This document shows, piece after piece, positions 45,951-54,823 of a DNA stretch of 64,000 nucleotides; the first letter of the stretch is position 1; every line of letters starts with the position of its first letter. The position numbers were made by a program, and so were the translations under genes. The stretch comes from an uncultured Bacilli bacterium (GTDB lineage Bacteria > Bacillota_I > Bacilli_A > RF39 > UBA660): NCBI GenBank assembly GCA_947629935.1, contig CANRFQ010000001.1, forward strand, positions 22,444 through 86,443. Direction: 5' to 3'. The notes under the pieces were generated by a model that was not told the origin of the DNA, made no database searches, and saw only the letters and a list, made by a program, of their open reading frames with translations.

Positions 45951-48071
45951 TTAGACTCTTTTTATTTCCACCATTTCATAGCATTCAATAATATCTTTTT
46001 CTTTTAAATCATTAAAAGCTTCTAACGTAATACCACACTCAAAACCTTTTTTTACTTCTTTAGCGGCATCTTTTCCTCTTTGAACACTGGATATTTTACC
46101 ATCATGAATAATAACGCCATCGCGAATTACACGGGCACTTGAAGCATTTTTAATAATTCCATCTGTTACGTAAGATCCGGCAATGGTACCAACTTTGGAA
46201 AACTTAAATATTTGTCTTACCTCGGCAGTTCCTAGAATTTTTTCTTCAAATTCTGGATCTAACATACCCTTCATGGCTAGTTCCATTTCCTCTACTACTT
46301 TATAAATAATAGTATATAAACGGATTTCCACAGAATATTCCTTAGCAATTTCTTTAGTCATAGCACTTGGCGAAACATTAAAACCAATCACAATAGCATT
46401 GGAAGCATTAGCTAAAACTATATCACTTTCTGTAATAGTTCCAATTCCCGAACGAATTACATTAACTTTTACTCCCTCAACATCGATTTTTTCTAAAGCA
46501 TTTCTTACTGCTTCTTCGCTGCCTCGTACATCAGTTTTTAAAACTACATTTATCTCTTTATTACCGGCATTAATATGATCAAATAAATCATCTAAAGAAA
46601 CAACTTCTTTTTTATTTTTATTTTCTTTAGCTGTTGCCTCTCTTTTAGCAGCAATAGTTTTAGCTTGGCTTTCCGTTTCAAAAGCCATAAATTTATCTCC
46701 GGCCGAAGGATTGCCCGAAAGGCCTGTAATTTCTACTGGCGTTGATGGCCCAGCTTCAACTACTTGTTCACCTAAATCATTTTTCATAGTACGAACTTTG
46801 CCAAAATAATGCCCTACAACAATTGGATCCCCAATTCTTAAAGTTCCATTTTGAATAAGAATAGAGGCGATACCACCAATATTTTTATCTATTTTAGATT
46901 CAATTACAGAACCCATTGCGTATCTTTTTGGATTAGCTTTAAGTTCATTCATTTGCGCAATTGTTGATATAGTTTCTAAAAGTAAATCTACACCTTCTCC
47001 CGATTTGGCCGAGATATTTACAAATGGAACATTTCCACCCCATTCTTCCGGTGTAATATTTATTTCCGCCATTTCGGTTCTAATCTTTTCGGGATTAGCA
47101 TTAGGTTTATCAATTTTATTAACAGCCACAATAATTGGCACTTTAGCCGAAGTAGCATGATCGACAGCTTCTTTAGTTTGGGGCATTACCCCATCATCGG
47201 CCGAAACGATAATAACAACGATATCAGTGACACTCGCACCACGAGCACGCATTTCGGTAAAAGCCGCATGACCTGGAGTATCAATAAAAGTTATCTTTTC
47301 CCCGTTTTTCGTAACTTGGTAAGCCCCAATATGTTGTGTAATCCCGCCAAATTCTGTATCAACTACCGAAGAAGAACGAATATAGTCTAAAAGGGTTGTT
47401 TTACCATGATCAACATGTCCCATAATAGTAACAACAGGGGGACGTTTTACTAAATCTTTTTCATCATCAATAACTTCGTATTCTTCAAAGTTAGCTAAAT
47501 CGCGAGTTGAATCTTTCTTTAAAGTTTTATTATATTCTAACGCGATAATCTCCGCATTTTCATAATCAATAGATTGGTTTAAAGAAAGCATTAAACCTGA
47601 AGACATTAATTTACCTATTACTTCAACACCACTAACATTAAGGGCACTTGCTAAATCAGCCACAGTCATTCCTTCATGATATAAAATAACATCGTCATTT
47701 TCATCATTAGTTTTTAATTTAGCTTTATGCTTGTACATCGCTTTTCTTTTATTTAAAAATTCTTCTTTGTTAGTATTATTATTTTTCTTTTTTAATTTTT
47801 GTTTACGAACATTATCATCAACAGCATTTTTAACACTTGATAATTCCATTATTTCATCTACAGCTTGATCAATAACGTCTTCTTCTTCTAGGGATGTATC
47901 ATTTTCCGTACTAATTAGACTAAAGACATTATCCAAAATAATAACATCGTCTTCTTCTAAAAAATCTGTGGCACTTCCTGCTTTCATGCCCATTTCTTTA
48001 CATTTTTTCAAAACTTCTGCTACCGTTAAATTCATTGAATCAGCATATTCTTTAACACTCATGTAACCCAT
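45951..48071 (-). CDS. infB: Translation initiation factor IF-2
   Basis: G domain [17 protein letters not shown] and NKID motifs. 706 aa. Confidence 0.95.
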   Translation of the reverse strand: MGYMSVKEYADSMNLTVAEVLKKCKEMGMKAGSATDFLEEDDVIILDNVFSLISTENDTSLEEEDVIDQAVDEIMELSSVKNAVDDNVRKQKLKKKNNNTNKEEFLNKRKAMYKHKAKLKTNDENDDVILYHEGMTVADLASALNVSGVEVIGKLMSSGLMLSLNQSIDYENAEIIALEYNKTLKKDSTRDLANFEEYEVIDDEKDLVKRPPVVTIMGHVDHGKTTLLDYIRSSSVVDTEFGGITQHIGAYQVTKNGEKITFIDTPGHAAFTEMRARGASVTDIVVIIVSADDGVMPQTKEAVDHATSAKVPIIVAVNKIDKPNANPEKIRTEMAEINITPEEWGGNVPFVNISAKSGEGVDLLLETISTIAQMNELKANPKRYAMGSVIESKIDKNIGGIASILIQNGTLRIGDPIVVGHYFGKVRTMKNDLGEQVVEAGPSTPVEITGLSGNPSAGDKFMAFETESQAKTIAAKREATAKENKNKKEVVSLDDLFDHINAGNKEINVVLKTDVRGSEEAVRNALEKIDVEGVKVNVIRSGIGTITESDIVLANASNAIVIGFNVSPSAMTKEIAKEYSVEIRLYTIIYKVVEEMELAMKGMLDPEFEEKILGTAEVRQIFKFSKVGTIAGSYVTDGIIKNASSARVIRDGVIIHDGKISSVQRGKDAAKEVKKGFECGITLEAFNDLKEKDIIECYEMVEIKRV

Positions 48072-48086
48072 ATATCTTCCTCCTTC

Positions 48087-48347
48087 TTATTTTATTAAAT
48101 TTATTAAATCATCATAAACCTGATCTTCAACACTTACTTCTAATACTCTGTCAAGCACCTTACTTTGCCGAGCCTTATTTATTACTTCAAGATCTTTTTT
48201 TAAGTAGGCTCCTTTACCATTTAGTTTTCCCGTTAAATCAACAACCACTTGTTTATCAGGAGTCCTAACAATTCGAATTAAATCTTTTTTCTCACACTTT
48301 TCTTTTGTTACAACACAAGTGCGCATGGGAATTTTTTTTACTTTCAT
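48087..48347 (-). CDS. ylxR: YlxR/RnpM-family (DUF448) RNA-binding protein
   Basis: IPMRTCVVTKEK...LIRIVR...GKGAYL motif. 86 aa. Lies upstream of infB. Confidence 0.8.
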   Translation of the reverse strand: MKVKKIPMRTCVVTKEKCEKKDLIRIVRTPDKQVVVDLTGKLNGKGAYLKKDLEVINKARQSKVLDRVLEVSVEDQVYDDLINLIK

Positions 48348-48355
48348 AAGTCCTC

Positions 48356-49273
48356 CTAACTGAAAAATTTCTTAATTAATTTTTTTTCGTTTTCGGAATT
48401 CAAATCACATGACGCCGCAAATTTATGACCATATCCATTAAATTCTTTAGCCATATTTTTAACTTCTATAACATTATTAATACTTCTAAATGATATGGTT
48501 TCATTATCAACAGCCATAAATATTAAGACATCACAACTTTTATTATCACTTAATTTATCTGCCAAGCTATTACGATAATCATAAAGTCCATAAATAATCC
48601 CATAATTAATGTTATCGATATTTTTATAAATAACTCTTTTAATTAAATTATCTAAATAGCTTTTTTCTTCTTCTAGTTGTTCCTTAATCCAATCTTTTTC
48701 TTCCTCACTATAGATAAAATGACGTGATATTAAATTCAATTTATCTATAAAGTGATTTATATACCCCACAATTCCAAGTTTGTGCAATAAAGTTTCTAAA
48801 TAATAGGCATCTAAATTGTTTTCTTCTTTCCACTTCCATGTATCATGTAAATTGGTTAATAAGACAAATTCTTTTAATGTTTTATTAGGAAGTAACAAAT
48901 CATGATATTTAGTTAGATATTCAAAAAATAAACTTGTTGCACATTTATCTAAATTAATATTTATAAAATGATAGTCTTTATCTTTTATTTTTTCTAAATT
49001 AGATATATGATGATCAATAACTACTAATTTATTGACTAAATCTTCATTATCATCAATTTTATCTAGTAAATCAACACTTGGACATAAATCAGTAATATAA
49101 ATTTTTTCATAACTTAAATATTCCTCATTATCAATAAAATCATTGAGTTGCCAATCTAAATCTCTAAAATTTTTACAAAAAGTATAATCTACTTCATCAT
49201 AACAAATTTTACTTAGAACAATACAACCTAACCCATCCGGATCAGCTTTATGAGAAAATATTTTTATAGGCAT
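48356..49273 (-). CDS. nrnA: DHH/DHHA1 phosphoesterase, NrnA-like (nanoRNase/pAp phosphatase), inserted between nusA and ylxR; ATG start with an AGGTGA RBS immediately after the nusA stop
   Basis: DHH motif I HKADPDGLG, motif III VIDHH and a DHHA1 GGH-type GHKFAAS. About 305 aa. Confidence 0.75.
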   Translation of the reverse strand: MPIKIFSHKADPDGLGCIVLSKICYDEVDYTFCKNFRDLDWQLNDFIDNEEYLSYEKIYITDLCPSVDLLDKIDDNEDLVNKLVVIDHHISNLEKIKDKDYHFININLDKCATSLFFEYLTKYHDLLLPNKTLKEFVLLTNLHDTWKWKEENNLDAYYLETLLHKLGIVGYINHFIDKLNLISRHFIYSEEEKDWIKEQLEEEKSYLDNLIKRVIYKNIDNINYGIIYGLYDYRNSLADKLSDNKSCDVLIFMAVDNETISFRSINNVIEVKNMAKEFNGYGHKFAASCDLNSENEKKLIKKFFS

Positions 49274-49283
49274 TAAATCACCT

Positions 49284-50408
49284 CTATTCTTTATTTCCTT
49301 CTTCATTTATTTGACTTAAAGTTTTAACACTTATTTTATATTTGGTTAAACGGCTAGCCAATTTAACATTGTTTCCTTTTTTTCCAATAGCTAAAGAGAA
49401 ATTACTATCATCAAAAATAGCTAAAGCTTCTTTTTTCTTTTCATCAGTTATATTAACGATGGCATTTTTAGCTGGAGATAAAGCATTAGTAATAAATTCC
49501 ACTGGATCTTTACTATATAATACTAAATCTACTTTTTCTCCATTTAGCTCTTTTAAAATATTGCCAATACGGCTGCCTCTTTCTCCAATACAAGCTCCGA
49601 TAGGGTCAATATTTTCTTCTTCTGAGTAAACGGCAACTTTACTTCTAACTCCCGCCTCCCGTGCGACAGAATATAACATAATTGTGCCATCGGCAAGCTC
49701 AGGAATTTCACTTTCAAATAATCTTTTTACAAAGCCATAATGTTTACGTGAAAGTAAAATTAAAGGTCCTTTCGTCCCAGCTTCCACTTTGGTTACATAA
49801 ACTTTAATAGAAGAACCCATTTTCACTTCTTCTCCTGGAATCATTTCACTTTTAGGTAATATTCCTCTTGTTCGTCCTAATTCAACATAGTAGTTTTTAG
49901 AATCTTCCATGGCTAAAGTTCCTACCATTAATTCATCTTGTTTGTCCGAAAATTCTTCGATAATGCTATTTCTTTCAGCTTCTCTTATTTTTTGGGTAAC
50001 TACTTGTTTAGCCGTACTAGCGGCAACTCGACCAAAATCAGCTGGAGTTACTTCCTTTTGAATTGTTTCCCCAATTTTAATATCTGGTACTATTTTTTTC
50101 GCATCTTCTAAAAGAATCTGAGCATCAGGATTAATTTCTGGTTCTGTATAAGTTATGTTTCCCTCTTCATCAACAATTTCTTCGCCATCAATATAGTCTT
50201 CAACAACAACTAAATAAGAAAAAACTTTAATATCGCCCGTTTCGCGATTTATATCAACTTTAACGTTTGTTTTCGAATCAAAATTCTTTTTATAGGCCGT
50301 AGCTAACGCTTGCTCCATTGCTTCAAAGACAATATCTTTAGAAATTCCTTTTTCTTGGGTAATGTGCTCTACGGCTTTAATAAATTCTTTACTATTCATT
50401 ATGATCAT
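49284..50408 (-). CDS. nusA: Transcription termination/antitermination factor NusA
   Basis: N-terminal domain plus S1 plus two KH domains. 374 aa. Lies downstream of rimP. Confidence 0.9.
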   Translation of the reverse strand: MIIMNSKEFIKAVEHITQEKGISKDIVFEAMEQALATAYKKNFDSKTNVKVDINRETGDIKVFSYLVVVEDYIDGEEIVDEEGNITYTEPEINPDAQILLEDAKKIVPDIKIGETIQKEVTPADFGRVAASTAKQVVTQKIREAERNSIIEEFSDKQDELMVGTLAMEDSKNYYVELGRTRGILPKSEMIPGEEVKMGSSIKVYVTKVEAGTKGPLILLSRKHYGFVKRLFESEIPELADGTIMLYSVAREAGVRSKVAVYSEEENIDPIGACIGERGSRIGNILKELNGEKVDLVLYSKDPVEFITNALSPAKNAIVNITDEKKKEALAIFDDSNFSLAIGKKGNNVKLASRLTKYKISVKTLSQINEEGNKE

Positions 50409-50658
50409 CTCCTTGTTCTTTACTTATAACATCTAAAATAAAACTATCCTCGATAAAATCATATTTATCAACAATGGGATTAATTATTTCTGTTGCTTCG
50501 ACAATCGTATCTAAATCAATCCCTCCTATTTTATCTAATTCAATTGTTAAAAACTTATACTTTTTTTCTTCCCGAAAATCAATAGATGTAACCATTATTT
50601 CTCGATCTTTTAAAGCCTCGGCCACTTCTTTTTTTAATTTTTGTAAATAATCCTGCAT
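50392..50658 (-). CDS. rimP: Ribosome maturation factor RimP, N-terminal domain only (88 aa)
   Basis: Matches the RimP N-domain (LTIELDKIGGIDLD...ILDVIS). The C-terminal Sm-like domain is absent. Overlaps the nusA start. Confidence 0.65.
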   Translation of the reverse strand: MQDYLQKLKKEVAEALKDREIMVTSIDFREEKKYKFLTIELDKIGGIDLDTIVEATEIINPIVDKYDFIEDSFILDVISKEQGDDHNE

Positions 50659-50759
50659 AACTCACCTCTCAATTACAATAATAAAAGCAGGAATTTCTGC
50701 CCGCTTTCATCTGCTAAGAACATTATATCATAATATTTTCAATTTGGGTAATATTTCTT

Positions 50760-51518
50760 TTAACGATTTATTAAAACTAAGATGCTTATTCCCAGTAAAG
50801 CTAAAATCACAGCAATTATCCCTAACTTTTTAATAGAAAAATTAAATTTATGAACTAAGGATTTTTCTTTATTTTCATGAGATACTTTATTTAAAGCTAA
50901 ACTCATAAAAGGCATAACAAGTAATACAAAACGCAAATAGTTATATAAAAGAAGATATAAAAGAGATTTAATACTTTCCACACTTTTAAAAGCTAGATTT
51001 TGATTACTTAAAATAAAACTTATTAAAGGAATTAGTAAGTACCACAATAAATAAATACTTATTAAGATTTTTAAAACACTTTTACGATTTAATTTTTCAT
51101 AATCAGCAAACAAAATAATACAAAAGTAAATAAGAGGGTAAAATAAATATAAAGCAAATATAAAATAATCATTAATATTATAATAATTTAAAAGACTCGC
51201 AATTATATTAATAATTAAATGAAAAATTACAAAAATTAAATTTATTTTAATAATATAAAAATTTTCCACTTCTTTTTTATTTTCCGAAAAATTAGTTTTT
51301 AAATAAAGATTATTAAAAAATAAAATAATCAGGGATGTTATACCTAAAGATATTCCTCCATAATAAATATAATATGTTTTAAAAGCTAAATGATTTAAAG
51401 AAGGAATAAAATAACTACATATAGCTACAAAGGATAAAGGTAAAACCAAAACAATTAAATAAATTATTAAATATTTTAAATTAGTAATTTGCGTCAGTTT
51501 AGACTTTAACTTTTCCAT
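50760..51518 (-). CDS. Hypothetical polytopic membrane protein
   Basis: Six or seven TM helices. No motif. Confidence 0.45.
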   Translation of the reverse strand: MEKLKSKLTQITNLKYLIIYLIVLVLPLSFVAICSYFIPSLNHLAFKTYYIYYGGISLGITSLIILFFNNLYLKTNFSENKKEVENFYIIKINLIFVIFHLIINIIASLLNYYNINDYFIFALYLFYPLIYFCIILFADYEKLNRKSVLKILISIYLLWYLLIPLISFILSNQNLAFKSVESIKSLLYLLLYNYLRFVLLVMPFMSLALNKVSHENKEKSLVHKFNFSIKKLGIIAVILALLGISILVLINR

Positions 51519-51599
51519 ATCATCACCTATTATTAGTATAACAAGTTTTAAAAGTTAATAAACAAAAAAATGTAAACTTACAAATGTTTTACATTAATT

Positions 51600-52106
51600 T
51601 TATTCTTCTAAAAAATTCTTACTTTTATGGGGTTCTTCCCTAAGTAAATCGCGATATTCTTGTTGACGTAAGGCTTCATATAGCATTATAGCCACACTAT
51701 TTGATAAGTTTAAGGCTCTTACTTTATTAGTCATAGGAATACGCATACAATTATTTAAGTAAGGCCTTAAGATTTCTTTAGGAATGCCAGTGGATTCTTT
51801 ACCAAAGAAAAAATAAATATTTTCATCTTTATTACTATAATCAAAAGAATCGTGAGGTTTATGACCATATCTTGTTAAAAAATAATAAGTGCCTTGATTT
51901 TTAGCAAAAAATTCTTCAATATTTTCATAAACTGTATATTCACATTTATCAATATAATTTACGCCACTTCTTTTAATATATTTTTCATCCAAAGAAAAAC
52001 CTAAAGGTTTAATTAAATGCAAATGAGTATCAGTAGCGACACAAGTACGCATTATATTACCTGTATTTCCGGGAATTTCTGGTTCAAATAAAACTACGTT
52101 TAACAT
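51600..52106 (-). CDS. trmL: tRNA (cytidine/uridine-2'-O)-methyltransferase TrmL (SpoU-TrmD fold)
   Basis: FEPEIPGNTGNIMRTC N-terminus and a C-terminal SLNLSNSVAIMLYE SpoU motif. 168 aa. Confidence 0.85.
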   Translation of the reverse strand: MLNVVLFEPEIPGNTGNIMRTCVATDTHLHLIKPLGFSLDEKYIKRSGVNYIDKCEYTVYENIEEFFAKNQGTYYFLTRYGHKPHDSFDYSNKDENIYFFFGKESTGIPKEILRPYLNNCMRIPMTNKVRALNLSNSVAIMLYEALRQQEYRDLLREEPHKSKNFLEE

Positions 52107-52129
52107 CTTTTACCTCCTAAAGAAAAAAA

Positions 52130-52678
52130 CTAAGGTTTTTCTATTTCCATAGTTTCTAATAATTGTTCAAAATCAGTGGCCTGCATCAAAGAATTAGCAT
52201 CTTTATGAATAAGTCCACCATCGACTAGTTCGTGATCTTTATAATAAAGAATAGTGGGAACACTAGTTACTTTTTCTTTAGAAAGATTTAAGACACTGTT
52301 GATTTCTTCTAAATACCCTTCATTGTTTTTGATATTATCGATGTTAAAATAATAAAATTTATCTTGTAAATCATATTTACGAATAATCTTTTTTAAATCT
52401 ACTTCCATATCATATATATTTTTATCATTCGTATAACTTATATATAAGAAATATTCAGATGGTGCCTCCGAAAAGACATCAGAAAGTTCATCTAAACTAT
52501 TTATTTCATTAGATATAACATTAGATGATATTAAATAACTTTTCGTAATTTTTTCATTATTAAATACTTCATACCATTTAAAAACATAAACAGTTAATAA
52601 AATAACTCCTACAAATATTAATAATGCTATTACATAATTTTTAGCTGGAACTTTTCGTTCTTTTTGAGAATTAGCCAT
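52130..52678 (-). CDS. Membrane-anchored thioredoxin-fold protein lacking CxxC
   Basis: N-terminal TM. C-terminal VPTILYYKDHELVDGGLI thioredoxin-like beta-strand pattern. Confidence 0.45.
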   Translation of the reverse strand: MANSQKERKVPAKNYVIALLIFVGVILLTVYVFKWYEVFNNEKITKSYLISSNVISNEINSLDELSDVFSEAPSEYFLYISYTNDKNIYDMEVDLKKIIRKYDLQDKFYYFNIDNIKNNEGYLEEINSVLNLSKEKVTSVPTILYYKDHELVDGGLIHKDANSLMQATDFEQLLETMEIEKP

Positions 52679-52857
52679 CTAAATCATCATACCTTTCTTA
52701 CAATTTAATCTTATCATAATTTAAAATCTTTTAAAAGATTATTTCGTATATAATATATGTTTTTTCATTTAAAATAACTCACTATGCTCCCCGTAGCAAT
52801 TAATAGGAGTATAAGTGAGTTATCAATAAATTTTATGAAAAAACATTATAAAGATGT

Positions 52858-53415
52858 TTAATAACCTTGTTTTTTATACATATCATATAATTCTTTAAAA
52901 CGATTAAAGTGGACAACTTCTCTTTGACGTAAGAATAGTAAAACACTTATGATATCTTTATCAGTTGCTATATTAATTAAATGTTCATAAGTAGCACGTG
53001 CTTTTTGTTCAGCAGCCATGTCTTCGGAAAGATCGGCAATTGGATCTCCGACTGCATTAAAATAGGCAGCTGTAAATGGTACTCCATTAGAATCGGTTGG
53101 ATATAAGTCTTTACCATGTTCTGTATAATTAGTGCCAATACCCGCATCCATTAATTCTTCAATTGTAGCATCTTTTGTCAATTGATAAATCATACTACAA
53201 ATCATTTCACAATGGCCAAATTCTTCCGTGGCTATATCATTAAGTAAAGCTTTTCCCTTATCATCGGGCATAGCAAACTTTTGTGAAAAATAACGTAATG
53301 CAGCGGCTAGTTCCCCATTAGAGCCCCCAAATTGGGTAATTAAATATTTCGCCATTTTTAAATCTTTTTTCTTTAAATTAACAGGATAATTTAATTTTTT
53401 TTCATATTTAAACAT
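52858..53415 (-). CDS. cotJC: Spore coat protein CotJC (manganese-catalase family)
   Basis: YEKKLNYPV, GGSNGELAAALRY, EEFGHCEMI and GDPIADLSEDMAAEQKARATYEHL match the CotJC/Mn-catalase signature along its whole length. Confidence 0.8.
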   Translation of the reverse strand: MFKYEKKLNYPVNLKKKDLKMAKYLITQFGGSNGELAAALRYFSQKFAMPDDKGKALLNDIATEEFGHCEMICSMIYQLTKDATIEELMDAGIGTNYTEHGKDLYPTDSNGVPFTAAYFNAVGDPIADLSEDMAAEQKARATYEHLINIATDKDIISVLLFLRQREVVHFNRFKELYDMYKKQGY

Positions 53416-53858
53416 TAGATATTACCTCCTTTTTCCCAAGGCCAAGAGGCAAGCCAATTATAATTTTTACCCGTTACATCAGTAATACATAAAGGTCCAA
53501 CCATATTAATATACTCTTCTTTATAACGATTAGCCTCTGCTATATATTTTTTAAATAAATCAAACATTTCTTTATCTTCTGGATGTAAGTCTAAATATAA
53601 ATTTAAATCATTTATAGCAAAGTCCAACTCCATTATTTTAAGTTCCACTTCTTCTTTAGTATTTTTCGGAACAATAGTAGCTATACTATAATTTTTATAA
53701 GGATCAAATTCATCTTTAAACATATTTCCTCTTAAAAATCCTTCTTTAGCACTATATAGTTTATTAGTCGTTTTCTCCCCTTGTGATGGCATCGGAATAT
53801 TTAAAAATGTTAAATCCATGCCATAGTTATCATTAAAATCATTAGTTTCAAATAACAT
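53415..53858 (-). CDS. cotJB: Spore coat protein CotJB with a CotJA-like N-terminal segment (apparent CotJA-CotJB fusion)
   Basis: The C-terminal half LDFAINDLNLYLDLHPEDKEMF...WPWE matches CotJB. The N-terminal ~60 aa (AKEGFLRGNMFKDEFDPYKNY) resemble the CotJA GTLWPxLYxPY motif. Confidence 0.65.
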   Translation of the reverse strand: MLFETNDFNDNYGMDLTFLNIPMPSQGEKTTNKLYSAKEGFLRGNMFKDEFDPYKNYSIATIVPKNTKEEVELKIMELDFAINDLNLYLDLHPEDKEMFDLFKKYIAEANRYKEEYINMVGPLCITDVTGKNYNWLASWPWEKGGNI

Positions 53859-53926
53859 ACTTTTTTCCTCCCAAAATATACTATGAACTATAGATATTTT
53901 AGAAGTGTGCGTTTGTCCTTTAAAAC

Positions 53927-54424
53927 TTAGATGTACCTACATATTGTTAAAATAACATCGATCATAAAAGCACAAAATACTAAAGCAGTTAATAAAAAAG
54001 GAATTTTAGCAATGTATTTTTGCAAAAAAGGCTGAATGACATAGCCGATTATAATTGCTCCTCCACCCCATCCTAAAGACGTTTCAACGGCAATATATTT
54101 AGTAATATGTAAAGGCAAATTGCTATAATTCCATAAAGTCTTATGAAAACACTTGTCTAGTAACATACCGCCTATTTGTTCCAAAATTGTTAAAATAATT
54201 ACAACGCTGATAAAATATAATATTATTTGAATCCCTTTTTTTAAATTAAATTTTTCTAAAATATTTTTGATACCTAACATTATTAAAACGCCAAAACCAT
54301 AAATGGGCGTCCATGGGCCATATAAAATGCCACTTCCTGGTTTGATATTTAATATTAAATCCACTATCACTTCAAAAAGGTGACCCATAATTGAATAAAT
54401 TAAAAAGATATTTATAAAATACAT
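53927..54424 (-). CDS. Hypothetical membrane protein (4-5 TM) upstream of cotJ genes
   Basis: Clean ORF. A YGPWTPIYGFG motif of unknown family. Confidence 0.45.
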   Translation of the reverse strand: MYFINIFLIYSIMGHLFEVIVDLILNIKPGSGILYGPWTPIYGFGVLIMLGIKNILEKFNLKKGIQIILYFISVVIILTILEQIGGMLLDKCFHKTLWNYSNLPLHITKYIAVETSLGWGGGAIIIGYVIQPFLQKYIAKIPFLLTALVFCAFMIDVILTICRYI

Positions 54425-54531
54425 AATCTCACCATTATTAATATGGTATTTTTTTAAAAGGCTATGTCTTTTTTAACAAAAAAATGCTATGATTATAACA
54501 AGAAAAATATATTTGAAGAAGGAAAAAAATT

Positions 54532-54807
54532 ATGAAATGTCCAAGATGTAATACGAATGTACTAGGTAATGTACCTAAGTGTCCGGTATGTAATATGCCA
54601 TTATTCCCGGATAATCAAGCCGAAATAAAAAAAGAAAATCAAAATCATAATGGTATTTTAGATCAAAGAGATTTAGATAATTATACCAAAAACATTGAAC
54701 TATATAAAACTAGAAATAAAACGCCAAATATTGCTATTCCCATTATTATAATTTTATTGATAATTATCGTTTTAATTATTATAGCTTTTAGCAAATTTAT
54801 AGGTTAA
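54532..54807 (+). CDS. Small zinc-ribbon protein with a C-terminal TM helix
   Basis: CPRC...CPVC pair followed by IAIPIIIILLIIIVLIIIAF. RBS GAAGGAAAAAAATT ATG. Confidence 0.45.
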   Translation: MKCPRCNTNVLGNVPKCPVCNMPLFPDNQAEIKKENQNHNGILDQRDLDNYTKNIELYKTRNKTPNIAIPIIIILLIIIVLIIIAFSKFIG

Positions 54808-54823
54808 ATAAAAAGAAAATGAA

